A stretch of DNA of 64,000 nucleotides, taken from positions 329,462 through 393,461 of the forward strand of contig JALHPE010000001.1 in assembly GCA_022842645.1 (NCBI GenBank), written 5' to 3'. Position 1 is the stretch's first letter. The number at the start of each line of letters is the position of its first letter. The notes beneath the pieces were generated by a model, which saw only the letters and a program-made list of their open reading frames with translations, had not been told where the DNA came from and did not search any database. Source of the DNA: Minisyncoccota bacterium. Lineage in GTDB: Bacteria; Patescibacteriota; Minisyncoccia; Phycocordibacterales; UBA2100. Positions 43,990 to 53,308 of this stretch are shown here, one piece after another. The translations under genes were made by a program, and so were the position numbers.

Positions 43990-45657
43990 ATGCAGCAAAT
44001 TAAGGACGCCCTTGCCGAGGCTCTCAAGAAAGAGGGTATCTCCGGCATGGAAATTCCGCTTGAACACACGGCCGATTTTGGGCATGGCGATTATGCGTCG
44101 AGCGTTGCTTTGGTATATGCAAAACAATTAAACGTCAGTCCTCGTGAATTAGCGAAACGAATCTACCTCTCACTTCCCGAGCTCGAGAGCGTTTCCCAAA
44201 CGGATATTGCGGGACCGGGGTTTATCAATTTCACACTTTCTCCCAAATATCTCCATGCGTTTCTCGAAGAGGGGCGCAGGCACGGCTCACAATGGGGGAG
44301 TGGTGTTGTGCTTGAGGGCGAAGAAATCTTACTTGAATACACGAGCCCGAATCTTTTCAAGCCGCTCCACATCGGAAATCTTGTGGGGAACGTGATTGGC
44401 GAAAGTATCTCGCGGCTTTTTGAATTTGCGGGGGCAGATGTGCGTCGCATCAACTATCCCTCTGACATCGGACTCACCGTCGCAAAAGGCGTGTGGGGAC
44501 TCCAGAAAACAAGAGGCGACCCGAAAGATATTCGCGATCTTGGTGAGGCATATCGCGTGGGAAGTTCTGCGTATGAAGACGATTCTCTAGCAAAGGACGA
44601 CATTGATGCGATAAACAAAAAGCTTTATGAAGGTTCGGATGAAGAGCTTAATAAGATTCGCGAGGCGGGGAAGAAAACGTCGAAAAAACATCTTGATGAG
44701 CTTTGTCGCATGCTCGGCACAAAATTTGATGCAGAGATTTTTGAGAGCGAAGCGGGTCCCATTGGAAAAAAACTCGTAGAGGAACATCTGGGAGATGTGT
44801 TTGAAAAAAGTGATGGTGCGGTGGTTTTTCTTGGCGAAAAATATAGGCTTCACACTCGCGTCTTTTTGAACTCGATGGGACTTCCGACCTACGAGGCGAA
44901 AGATCTTGGGAACTTCGCCTTGAAGCACAAGGCGTATCCAGACTTCAAGCGCTCATATGTGGTGACAGGTGTGGAACAACAAGAGTATTTCAAAGTTATC
45001 ATTCAAGCGATAAAAAAAGTGTTTCCAGAGGAGGCACCAAAGGAATTGGGACATATTGCGACGGGATTCCTCTCGCTCACGACCGGCAAGATGTCATCTC
45101 GCAAGGGAAACGTGCTCACCGGGGAGGAGCTCCTCGACGACCTCCAGGCGGAAGCCAAGGTGCGTGCCGCGGAGAGTCGCTCGGAAGATGTGGATGCGCT
45201 TGCAGAAGATATTGCCGTTGCCGCACTCAAGTTCCAGATTTTGAAAGGTGGCGCGAGTAAAAACATCGTCTTTGACCGCGAGCGCGCACTCTCGCTTGAA
45301 GGGGATTCGGGACCATATCTCCAGTACACGCATGCGCGTACGCATGCCATCCTGGAAAAGGCAAAAGAGGCGGGTGTGCATGCTAAGCTCGACGAGCACG
45401 CTCCCGCAAGCGAGCTTGCGCGGCTCATCTTCCGCTTCTACGAGACCGTCCGGCGCTCACAAGAAGAACTGGAGCCGCACCACGTCGCAAACTACCTAAT
45501 ACAAGTCGCCGCGGCGTTTAACAGCTGGTACGCGCAGGAGCATATCCTCGACGGCACCGATACAGTCGCCCACAAAGTCGCTCTCACCGACATCACGCGT
45601 CTTACGCTCAAAAATGGACTCTGGCTCCTCGGTATTCCTGCGCCCGAGAAAGTGTAG
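43990..45657 (+). CDS. argS: arginyl-tRNA synthetase
   Basis: Class I motifs PNLFKPLHIGNLVGN (HIGH-like) and GKMSSRKGNV (KMSK). ArgRS N-terminal add-on domain. Internal start MQQIKDAL at 43990. Confidence 0.9.
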   Translation: MQQIKDALAEALKKEGISGMEIPLEHTADFGHGDYASSVALVYAKQLNVSPRELAKRIYLSLPELESVSQTDIAGPGFINFTLSPKYLHAFLEEGRRHGSQWGSGVVLEGEEILLEYTSPNLFKPLHIGNLVGNVIGESISRLFEFAGADVRRINYPSDIGLTVAKGVWGLQKTRGDPKDIRDLGEAYRVGSSAYEDDSLAKDDIDAINKKLYEGSDEELNKIREAGKKTSKKHLDELCRMLGTKFDAEIFESEAGPIGKKLVEEHLGDVFEKSDGAVVFLGEKYRLHTRVFLNSMGLPTYEAKDLGNFALKHKAYPDFKRSYVVTGVEQQEYFKVIIQAIKKVFPEEAPKELGHIATGFLSLTTGKMSSRKGNVLTGEELLDDLQAEAKVRAAESRSEDVDALAEDIAVAALKFQILKGGASKNIVFDRERALSLEGDSGPYLQYTHARTHAILEKAKEAGVHAKLDEHAPASELARLIFRFYETVRRSQEELEPHHVANYLIQVAAAFNSWYAQEHILDGTDTVAHKVALTDITRLTLKNGLWLLGIPAPEKV

Positions 45658-45660
45658 ATT

Positions 45661-46599
45661 ATGGCAAATCAGGCAGAAATTGAAGATCATTACGACACCA
45701 TCGGCACGTTGCACGCACTCCGCCTCAAAGATGTTCATGACGGTTTTCCTGATTATACGTGTGCATTCTTTGATGGTGATTTTACAAAGACCCTGAAGCA
45801 GGCTCAAGAAAATAAACACGAGTGGATTTTTAATGGACTCGGACTCGGGCAGGATCTCAAGGGGAAACGAATTCTTGATATTGGTTGTGGGTGGGGTCCT
45901 ATACTTAATGCCGTGAGAAAACGGGGAGGAGAGGCGGTAGGTCTTACGCTTTCCCCCGGACAAGTTGCATATTGTGTCGAACAGGGGCTTGATGTGCGTC
46001 TGCTTGATTACAAAGCAATTCAAAAGGGCGAGCTCGGGGAATTTGATGCTGTTATATCGATCGGCGCTTTCGAACATTTTTGTTCCCCCGAAGAATGTAT
46101 GCGCGGAGAACGGGAGTCAATATATACACGTTTTTTTGAGTGTTGTTCCGAATTGCTAAAGTGCAAGAGTCGATTATATCTACAGACTATGACGTGGGGT
46201 AAAGCTGATCCGGACTATACGAAACTGTCTTTAAATGCACCACCTAATTCCCAAGAAGCAATCCTTGCACGCCTTGTGAAGTTTTATCCAGGCTCGTGGT
46301 TGCCATCGGGACTTTCTCAAATTAAGGAAACATCAAAAACCAACTTTGACTTTATTAGTTCGAGCAATGGACGCCTCGATTATATAGAGACACTCCAACG
46401 ATGGGGCGAATCGACAAGATATCTATTCAAACCATCAGTTTTCCCACAGGCGTTTGTTGCCGGGCTCCGTCTTCTTTTGAGCGCGGCGGTAGATCCTGAT
46501 ACCCGGGTGCAGCTCATCTCTATGTATTACGCTGATCAAACAGAGTGTTTTAAGCGAGAGATCATGAGTCATGAACGAATGTTCTTTCAAAAGAAGTAA
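45661..46599 (+). CDS. class I SAM-dependent methyltransferase, cyclopropane-fatty-acyl-phospholipid-synthase-like
   Basis: SAM motif I ILDIGCGWGPI, motif post-I LTLSPGQ, and CFA-synthase-like C-terminal region. Confidence 0.7.
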   Translation: MANQAEIEDHYDTIGTLHALRLKDVHDGFPDYTCAFFDGDFTKTLKQAQENKHEWIFNGLGLGQDLKGKRILDIGCGWGPILNAVRKRGGEAVGLTLSPGQVAYCVEQGLDVRLLDYKAIQKGELGEFDAVISIGAFEHFCSPEECMRGERESIYTRFFECCSELLKCKSRLYLQTMTWGKADPDYTKLSLNAPPNSQEAILARLVKFYPGSWLPSGLSQIKETSKTNFDFISSSNGRLDYIETLQRWGESTRYLFKPSVFPQAFVAGLRLLLSAAVDPDTRVQLISMYYADQTECFKREIMSHERMFFQKK

Positions 46600-46623
46600 A
46601 TAGGAATTTGTTACACTGGCTCG

Positions 46624-48219
46624 ATGACCCAGGAAGAAGCGCTCTCAATTCTCAAACTTGGCGTGAATGTGTTTCTCACGGGAGAGCCCGGAAGCGGGAA
46701 GACACATACCATCAATCGCTATGTTGAGTGGCTTCGCGAGCGCGGGGTTGAGCCGGCAGTGACGGCTTCGACGGGGATTGCGGCGACACACGTGGGTGGG
46801 ATGACGATTCACTCGTGGAGCGGGATTGGGGTGAAGAAGCGTTTGAATGATTGGGACATTGAACAAATTGCCTCGCGCGAGAAGACGGCGCGGCGGATTA
46901 TTGAGGCGAAGGTTTTGATACTCGATGAGGTTTCTATGTTGGACGCGGAAACTTTGGAGAGTGTGGATCGCGTGCTCCGCACACTTCGTCAGCCGGTGTT
47001 GAGTGAGAGTCGTCCTTTTGGTGGGCTCCAGGTGGTGTTTGTGGGTGACTTTTTTCAACTTCCGCCGGTTTCCCGTGGTGAGCCATCTCGATTTGCGTTC
47101 GCCTCAGAGGCATGGAAAGAGGCGAACCCGGTTGTGTGCTATCTCTCAGAACAACATCGTCAGGATGATGGTGCGTTTCTCGATCTCTTGGGGGCAGTGC
47201 GACGTGGAGAAGTGCAAGAGCGGCATCATGAAATTTTGCGCGGGCGTATGAAGGGCGAGCGAAAAGTGAAAGCGACGAAACTTCAGACACATAACGCGAA
47301 AGCAGATGCCCTTAACGATGAGTCTCTCGCTAAGGTGGAGGGCAAATCTCATGTCTTTCATATGACGACGCGCGGCGCTCGTACGCTTGTGGAGGCCTTG
47401 AAGCAGAATTGTCTTTCACCCGAAACTCTGACTTTGAAAATCGGCGCGTCGGTTATGTTTACCCGCAACAACTTTGAGGAAGGATACGTGAACGGCACCT
47501 TGGGGGAGGTGGTTGATTTTGCGGTGAACGGCTCGCCTATTGTGAAGACGCGCGGAGGAATGCGCATCGAAGTGGGCTTAGGTGAGTGGAGCATTGTGGA
47601 CGGCGCGAAAATTTTGGCGCAGATAAAGCAAGTGCCCCTGCGTCTTGCGTGGGCGATTACGATTCATAAAAGCCAGGGTATGTCCTTGGACGCGGCGGTC
47701 ATTGATCTCTCGCATGCGTTCGAATTCGGGCAGGGGTATGTGGCGCTCTCGCGCGTGCGCACGCTTGAAGGGCTTTTTCTCGAAGGATTCAATGAGCGCG
47801 CGCTTCTGCTTCACCCGGAAGTGGCGCGGCAAGACGAGGTCTTTCGCGCAAAGTCCGAAGCGGCACGAAAGCGTATTGCGACGATTCCAGAAGGCGAGCG
47901 CGAGACTTTGGAGAAGAATTTTTTGCGCGCCATCGGCGCCCGCGAACCAAAAAAGATTGAAAAGAAGGAATTCGCTGAAGGCGTCAAAGGAGTCGGCGGC
48001 ACGGGCAAACTCGCGGCTATTCGCGAAAAATTCCCCAACGCTGGGCGTGCGTGGACAAAAGATGATGACGACCAGCTCACCGAGATGTTCGGGGCAGATA
48101 CGCCCATGAAAATAATGGCAAAAGAATTCGGTCGCAAAAGCGGGGCGATAACAGCCCGCCTCGCAAAGCTGGGGCTCATTGAGGATGACTATTGGGCGCG
48201 GAAGAATAAGCAAACTTAG
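46624..48219 (+). CDS. PIF1/RecD-family 5'-3' DNA helicase with a C-terminal extension
   Basis: Walker A FLTGEPGSGKTHTI, motif II LILDEVSM, motif III VFVGDFFQLPPV, and motif V ITIHKSQGMSLD. The C-terminal ~130 aa (…AWTKDDDDQLTEMFGADTPMKIMAKEFGRKSGAITARLAKLGLI) resemble a helix-turn-helix module. Confidence 0.7.
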   Translation: MTQEEALSILKLGVNVFLTGEPGSGKTHTINRYVEWLRERGVEPAVTASTGIAATHVGGMTIHSWSGIGVKKRLNDWDIEQIASREKTARRIIEAKVLILDEVSMLDAETLESVDRVLRTLRQPVLSESRPFGGLQVVFVGDFFQLPPVSRGEPSRFAFASEAWKEANPVVCYLSEQHRQDDGAFLDLLGAVRRGEVQERHHEILRGRMKGERKVKATKLQTHNAKADALNDESLAKVEGKSHVFHMTTRGARTLVEALKQNCLSPETLTLKIGASVMFTRNNFEEGYVNGTLGEVVDFAVNGSPIVKTRGGMRIEVGLGEWSIVDGAKILAQIKQVPLRLAWAITIHKSQGMSLDAAVIDLSHAFEFGQGYVALSRVRTLEGLFLEGFNERALLLHPEVARQDEVFRAKSEAARKRIATIPEGERETLEKNFLRAIGAREPKKIEKKEFAEGVKGVGGTGKLAAIREKFPNAGRAWTKDDDDQLTEMFGADTPMKIMAKEFGRKSGAITARLAKLGLIEDDYWARKNKQT

Positions 48220-48230
48220 TTTGCTATATT

Positions 48231-48752
48231 TTGTCTATGACCGACGAGGGAAGTGTGTCTCCTGAGAATACTGTAGTGCCCGAGTCACCGACGGCAGAGG
48301 TGGTGCTCGCGCCCGAAGTCGAGAGTGTTTCTACGTCCGAGTCGCAAGCGGTAGAGCCCGTGCAATCCGAGCCTGTGTCAGAGGTTGCGGTTGAACCATC
48401 TTCGCCCGTCGCTCAACCTACACCAACATCAGAATCGCCTGCGCCTGAAATCCCTCCTGAGTCGCCAAAGTCAGTGCCGGTTCCTCCTCCTGTGCCGACC
48501 CAGGCACCATCAAGAACACTGAGAGCGTCATCAAAGAATCGCATGCTCGAAGTCGTGCGTGCGCGGAAAGCCGAGCGGCTCGAAAAGATAGTCGTGCTCG
48601 CGCGGGAGAAGCAGGTTATCAGAAATGATGATGTCGAGAAGCTTTTGAAAGTCACCGACACGACGGTGACAAACTATCTAAACGCTCTTGTGCTTTCAGC
48701 TCGCCTGCGCCGTTCAGGGCACGGACGAGCTGCCACATACGAGCCTGTTTGA
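48231..48752 (+). CDS. hypothetical protein: Pro/Ser/Glu-rich N-terminal half and a C-terminal winged-helix-like domain
   Basis: Low-complexity PVxSEP repeats, then …VVLAREKQVIRNDDVEKLLKVTDTTVTNYLNALV…. Confidence 0.4.
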   Translation: MSMTDEGSVSPENTVVPESPTAEVVLAPEVESVSTSESQAVEPVQSEPVSEVAVEPSSPVAQPTPTSESPAPEIPPESPKSVPVPPPVPTQAPSRTLRASSKNRMLEVVRARKAERLEKIVVLAREKQVIRNDDVEKLLKVTDTTVTNYLNALVLSARLRRSGHGRAATYEPV

Positions 48753-48845
48753 GTCGGATCGGCAAAAATAGCGCTATTTTTGCCGATAGCCATTTAGGGC
48801 AAAAAGAATCCGGCCAACACTTTTCAAAGAGTTGGCCGGCTGTAG

Positions 48846-49178
48846 CTACCACCGGGGTGGCACGTTGGAAATAACGGGTTTTGCATTGTGCGGCACGCGA
48901 CCAGTTTTCAGTGCTTCTTCGCCGGCGGGTGTCATGAGGAAACACATTCCGAAGATACTAAGCCCGTCCGGGCGTCTGATGAGACCCTTACTTTCGAGAA
49001 AGTTATACTGATCTTCAATCGTGGCTTCGCTAATGTCTATACGACGCTGTCGTGCATGTCGCCAGAGCTTGTAGGGAATGCTGTCTGGGTGTTGCTGTAC
49101 AAGTCGGAGAACGGTCATGCTTATCTCCGACAACTTTTGCACCCTGCGCTTCTTCCCATTTTTCTTCGCTTCAGGCAT
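48846..49178 (-). CDS. small basic hypothetical protein, possible winged-helix DNA-binding protein
   Basis: …ISMTVLRLVQQHPDSIPYKLWRHARQRRIDISEATIEDQYNFLESKGLIRR… Convergent with the previous gene. A shared bidirectional terminator (perfect 30-nt palindrome ATCGGCAAAAATAGCGCTATTTTTGCCGAT plus a CCGGCCAAC hairpin) lies at 48758-48840. Confidence 0.35.
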   Translation of the reverse strand: MPEAKKNGKKRRVQKLSEISMTVLRLVQQHPDSIPYKLWRHARQRRIDISEATIEDQYNFLESKGLIRRPDGLSIFGMCFLMTPAGEEALKTGRVPHNAKPVISNVPPRW

Positions 49179-49256
49179 TACACAATACTCCTCTCTGCCT
49201 CAACTAGGATGGTTATAGGTGATTTTGCTTCGAATAGCAACTGAGTCTCGCGCAGA

Positions 49257-52200
49257 GTGAGCGACTTTGCTACGATACGCATCATGGCTGAAAATCAGGG
49301 GAAATCGGATGCCGCTCAGCGGGAAGAGGAGATACTCGAATTCTGGCGGGAGAATAAGACGTTTGAGCGCTCGCTTGAAAAGCACGCCCCAAAGGGCGAG
49401 TTTGTGTTTTATGACGGCCCGCCGTTTGCGACAGGGCTTCCGCACCACGGCTCGCTTCTTTCTTCGATCATCAAAGACGTGATTCCGCGCTACAAGACGA
49501 TGCGCGGCTACAGAGTGCGCCGCCGGTGGGGATGGGATACGCACGGACTTCCTATTGAGAACCTTGTTGAGAAGGAGTTGGGGCTCAAGACCAAGAAAGA
49601 GATTCTCGATATTGGTATCGCGAAGTTCAACGAAACTGCACGCGGCATGGTTTTGAAATACGTGCACGATTGGAAACACTACATCGAGCGCGTCGGACGT
49701 TGGGTGGACTACGAGAATTCCTACAAGACGATGGACAACTCCTACATCGAGAGCGTGTGGTGGGCGCTGAAGCGCATTCATGAGAAAGGACTTCTTTATG
49801 AAGGGCGGAAAGTGCTCATGTACTGCACACACTGCGAAACGCCTCTCGCAAAAGCAGAAATCGCGGCGGACAATACGTATAAAGATGTTACTGAAGAGGC
49901 GGTAACGGTGAAGTTTGAGATTGTAGATCAGCCGAAGACCTACTTTCTCGCGTGGACAACAACGCCGTGGACGTTACCGGGGAACGTTGCGCTCGCCGTT
50001 GGAGCGGAGATCGACTATGTGAAAGCGAGTGTCGGGGATATCACGTATATCCTTGCTAAAGAGCGCGTGAGCACCGTCTTGAAGGATGTTACGCACGTCA
50101 TCGTCGGCACTATGCGGGGGAGTGACCTTGTCGGGAAACGCTACGCGCCGGTTGTTTCAGTTTCTGCACTTACCTCTGAAAGCTCGCATCGCGTGCAGAC
50201 GGCGGATTTTGTTACAACAGAAGATGGCACCGGCATCGTGCACATTGCGCCGATGTATGGCGAGGACGACTACCAACTCGGCGTGCGCGAGAAGCTCCCC
50301 ATGGTGCAGCTCCTTAATCCGAACGGAACATATAACGATGCCGCGCCCGAGCTTATCCGCGGCAAATACCTAAAAGAGGGAGCAAAAGACATTAAGCGCG
50401 ATTTGGAATCGCGCGGACTTCTCTTTGCGCGCGAGAACCATACACACTCATATCCGCATTGCTGGCGTTGTGGCACTCCACTTATCTACAACGCCGTTTC
50501 TTCGTGGTTCATCAATATTCAGGACGTAAAGCAGAAGATCATTTCCGAAAACCAGAAGATTAACTGGGTGCCGGAGCACTTGAAAAATGGGCGTTTTGGA
50601 AAGATTCTCGAGAGCGCCCCCGATTGGACGATCTCACGTAACCGTTTCTGGGCGTCCCCGCTTCCATTCTGGAAGTCTAAAGAGGGGAAGGTGATGGTGG
50701 TTGGCTCACTTGCGGAACTGAAAGAAAAGATGAAAAAGAGCGGGAACACCTATTTCACGATGCGACATGGTGAGGCCGAGACAAATGTGCAAGGGATTTT
50801 GAATTGTGACCCCGATGCACCATATGCGCTGACTCAACTTGGGCGCACAGGCGTGCTCGAAGCGGCGCGTGCATTCAAGGATGCTGGGCATCATGTCGAC
50901 CTTGTGGTGGCATCGCCCTTTGTGCGGACGAAAGAATCTGTCGCGATCTTCGCAGAGGTACTTGGACTCTCAGAAGAGCAGATTCGATACGAGCCCCGGC
51001 TGGGGGAATATAACTTTGGGGTACTCAATGGGGCTTCTGTCTTGGCGTGGCATGAAAAGTTTGCACCGAGCGTCGATAGATTTAATCAGGGTCCTCAGGG
51101 AGGAGAAAATGATGCACAAGTGCGGGCGCGAATGCTCGCGGTTGTGCAAGAGCTAGAACGCACCGAAAAAGGAAAAACTATTTTAATCGTATCGCATGGC
51201 ACACCGCTCTGGCTTCTTCAGGCAACGGTTAATGGGCTTTCGCGGGAAGACATTGCACAACGCTTTGTGCGCGAATATCCAAATAATGCAGCCGTACAAC
51301 CGTTGAGATACGTTCCACTTCCCTTAAACCATGATAACGAGTTGGATCTCCATCGGCCCTACATTGATGACATCGTGCTTCTTGATGAAGACGGCACCGA
51401 ATATCACCGCATTCCGGAGGTTGTTGACTGTTGGGTGGAGAGCGGCTCTATGCCGTTTGCGGAGTATCACTATCCGTTTGAAAATAAGGACGAATTTGAA
51501 AAGCGCGCGCCCGGCGACTTTATCGCCGAATATATCGCACAGACGCGCACGTGGTTTTACTACATGCATGCGCTCGGAGTCGTGCTCTTCGACAGAATCG
51601 CGTTTAAGAATGTGGTGACGACAGGCACCATCGTTGCCGCAGATGGCGAGAAAATTTCGAAATCGAAGAAAAATTATACTGACCCGCTTGAACTCATTGA
51701 GCGCTACGGCGCAGATGCGGTGCGCCTCTATCTCATGGGCTCTCCCGTGATGCAGGCTGAGGATTTGCGTTTCCGCGACGACGACGTGCGCGAGGCGCAT
51801 AACCGCACGATTGGGATTCTCTGGAACAGTTTCAAATTCTTCGATCTCTATCAGAAAGACTTCGACGGAAGTGCCGTGGCACGTAAGAGTGCGCACGTCT
51901 TGGATCGTTGGATTCTCGCGCTTCTTGATCAGACGACGACCGAAATCAGTGAGGCGTTTGATGCCTACGACACCCCGCGCGCGTGCCGTGCGGTGCGCGC
52001 ATTTGTAGACGAATATTCAACGTGGTACGTGCGCAGAAGTCGTGAGCGCGTGAAGAGCGAGTGGCACGATCGGCAGTTTGCGCTCGCAACACAGCAAGAA
52101 GTGTTGCTCACATTCTCAAAGCTCATTGCGCCCGTGATGCCGTTTCTCGCTGAGGGTATCTATCGCGGCATTGCGGATGGAGGAAGCGTGCACCTGGAAA

Positions 52201-52709
52201 GCTGGCCCGAGGTGCAGAAGGGATTCTTCGCACGCCTCTTTGGGGCAAAGGACACCGTCCTTGAAGACATGAAAGAAGTGCGCGCAACCGTGACGAAAGC
52301 ACTTGAGGCGCGTGACAGAGCAGGAATGAAAGTGCGCCAGCCGCTCACCAAGCTTGAGATTGGTTCACATATCTCAAAAGAATTGCGCGAGATTATTCGC
52401 GATGAAGTGAATGTGAAGGAGGTTACCATTGCCTCAGATCTAAAAGCGGGTGAAGTGCGGCTCGACACCATGATTACACCAGAACTTGCGCGCGAAGGTT
52501 TGGTGCGCGAGATTATTCGCATGGGGCAGGATGAGCGCAAGAAAGCTGGGTGCGCTCCAGGAGACCATCTTGCACACGTACTCGTTGGGGGATCTGATGA
52601 GGTGCTGAGTGCTGTGCGCGAGCATGTGCTTGCAATTCAGGAGGCGCTCAAGACGGAGCGCGTTGAGGCCCAAGCGGGAGAGGTGCTCCATGTCGTAATC
52701 AGAAGGTAG
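49257..52709 (+). CDS. ileS: isoleucyl-tRNA synthetase (type 2-like) carrying an inserted histidine-phosphatase (PGAM-like) domain
   Basis: HIGH-region PPFATGLPHHGS. Editing domain TTPWTLPGNVALAV. IleRS-specific DWTISRNRFWASPLPFW. KMSKS as GEKISKSKKN. Between the W-x-x-S-R-x-R-x-W block and the …DCWVESGS block sits an extra domain of about 190 aa with RHG (FTMRHGEAETN) and SHG (ILIVSHGTPLW) histidine-phosphatase signatures. Confidence 0.9.
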   Translation: MSDFATIRIMAENQGKSDAAQREEEILEFWRENKTFERSLEKHAPKGEFVFYDGPPFATGLPHHGSLLSSIIKDVIPRYKTMRGYRVRRRWGWDTHGLPIENLVEKELGLKTKKEILDIGIAKFNETARGMVLKYVHDWKHYIERVGRWVDYENSYKTMDNSYIESVWWALKRIHEKGLLYEGRKVLMYCTHCETPLAKAEIAADNTYKDVTEEAVTVKFEIVDQPKTYFLAWTTTPWTLPGNVALAVGAEIDYVKASVGDITYILAKERVSTVLKDVTHVIVGTMRGSDLVGKRYAPVVSVSALTSESSHRVQTADFVTTEDGTGIVHIAPMYGEDDYQLGVREKLPMVQLLNPNGTYNDAAPELIRGKYLKEGAKDIKRDLESRGLLFARENHTHSYPHCWRCGTPLIYNAVSSWFINIQDVKQKIISENQKINWVPEHLKNGRFGKILESAPDWTISRNRFWASPLPFWKSKEGKVMVVGSLAELKEKMKKSGNTYFTMRHGEAETNVQGILNCDPDAPYALTQLGRTGVLEAARAFKDAGHHVDLVVASPFVRTKESVAIFAEVLGLSEEQIRYEPRLGEYNFGVLNGASVLAWHEKFAPSVDRFNQGPQGGENDAQVRARMLAVVQELERTEKGKTILIVSHGTPLWLLQATVNGLSREDIAQRFVREYPNNAAVQPLRYVPLPLNHDNELDLHRPYIDDIVLLDEDGTEYHRIPEVVDCWVESGSMPFAEYHYPFENKDEFEKRAPGDFIAEYIAQTRTWFYYMHALGVVLFDRIAFKNVVTTGTIVAADGEKISKSKKNYTDPLELIERYGADAVRLYLMGSPVMQAEDLRFRDDDVREAHNRTIGILWNSFKFFDLYQKDFDGSAVARKSAHVLDRWILALLDQTTTEISEAFDAYDTPRACRAVRAFVDEYSTWYVRRSRERVKSEWHDRQFALATQQEVLLTFSKLIAPVMPFLAEGIYRGIADGGSVHLESWPEVQKGFFARLFGAKDTVLEDMKEVRATVTKALEARDRAGMKVRQPLTKLEIGSHISKELREIIRDEVNVKEVTIASDLKAGEVRLDTMITPELAREGLVREIIRMGQDERKKAGCAPGDHLAHVLVGGSDEVLSAVREHVLAIQEALKTERVEAQAGEVLHVVIRR

Positions 52710-52710
52710 C

Positions 52711-53283
52711 ATGTACCAGAAATATCACACTGATGCACTAGTACTTCGCTCCTACGAGCACGGCGAGGCGGATCGCGTGTTCACACTTCTTACAGAAGAT
52801 TTTGGCTTGGTGCGTGCGCGCGCGAGTGCTGTGCGGCGAGAAAATTCGCGTATGCGTTATGCGCTGCAAGTGGGCGCACGTGCACGTCTCTCTCTGATTC
52901 GCGGAAGTCGGGGGTGGCGCATTGCGGGCGCAGAAGCGAAAGATCGTATTTCCCCCGAGAACGTGAGCGGACTCGGTGTGTTTGCGCGGCTCTCGGCGTT
53001 ACTCGAGCGCTTGGTGCAGGGCGAGGACACGAATCCCTACCTCTTTTCGTCTTGTGCCGAAGCACATGCGGCGTGCGCCACGCTCTCGCGCGAACATCAT
53101 CACCTGATTGAGCTTCTTGCGGTTGCGCGCGTACTCTACGCACTTGGCTATCTTTCTGAAGAGGCACTTGGTTCTGCAGCGGTTTCCACCGCGTACGAAA
53201 GCGCGTCACTTCAGGTGGTTGCAGAGTCGGGGCGAGAGCTTCTGTCTTCAGTTAACAAAGCGCTTCAAGCGACGCAGTTATAA
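52711..53283 (+). CDS. recO: DNA repair protein RecO (short form)
   Basis: N-terminal OB-fold pattern DALVLRSYEHGEADRVFTLLTEDFGLVRARA…G…RYAL. Confidence 0.75.
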   Translation: MYQKYHTDALVLRSYEHGEADRVFTLLTEDFGLVRARASAVRRENSRMRYALQVGARARLSLIRGSRGWRIAGAEAKDRISPENVSGLGVFARLSALLERLVQGEDTNPYLFSSCAEAHAACATLSREHHHLIELLAVARVLYALGYLSEEALGSAAVSTAYESASLQVVAESGRELLSSVNKALQATQL

Positions 53284-53308
53284 TCTCGCTGCGTGGTAAA
53301 ATGAGAGG

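Noticed and set aside
45661-46599. CFA-synthase-like methyltransferase as a DNA methyltransferase of a restriction-modification or defence system next to the helicase
   Set aside because: The motifs are those of small-molecule or lipid class I SAM MTases (CFA-synthase family). They are not DNA N6-A or C5-C MTase motifs (DPPY/NPPY or PCQ/ENV), and no restriction endonuclease partner is present.
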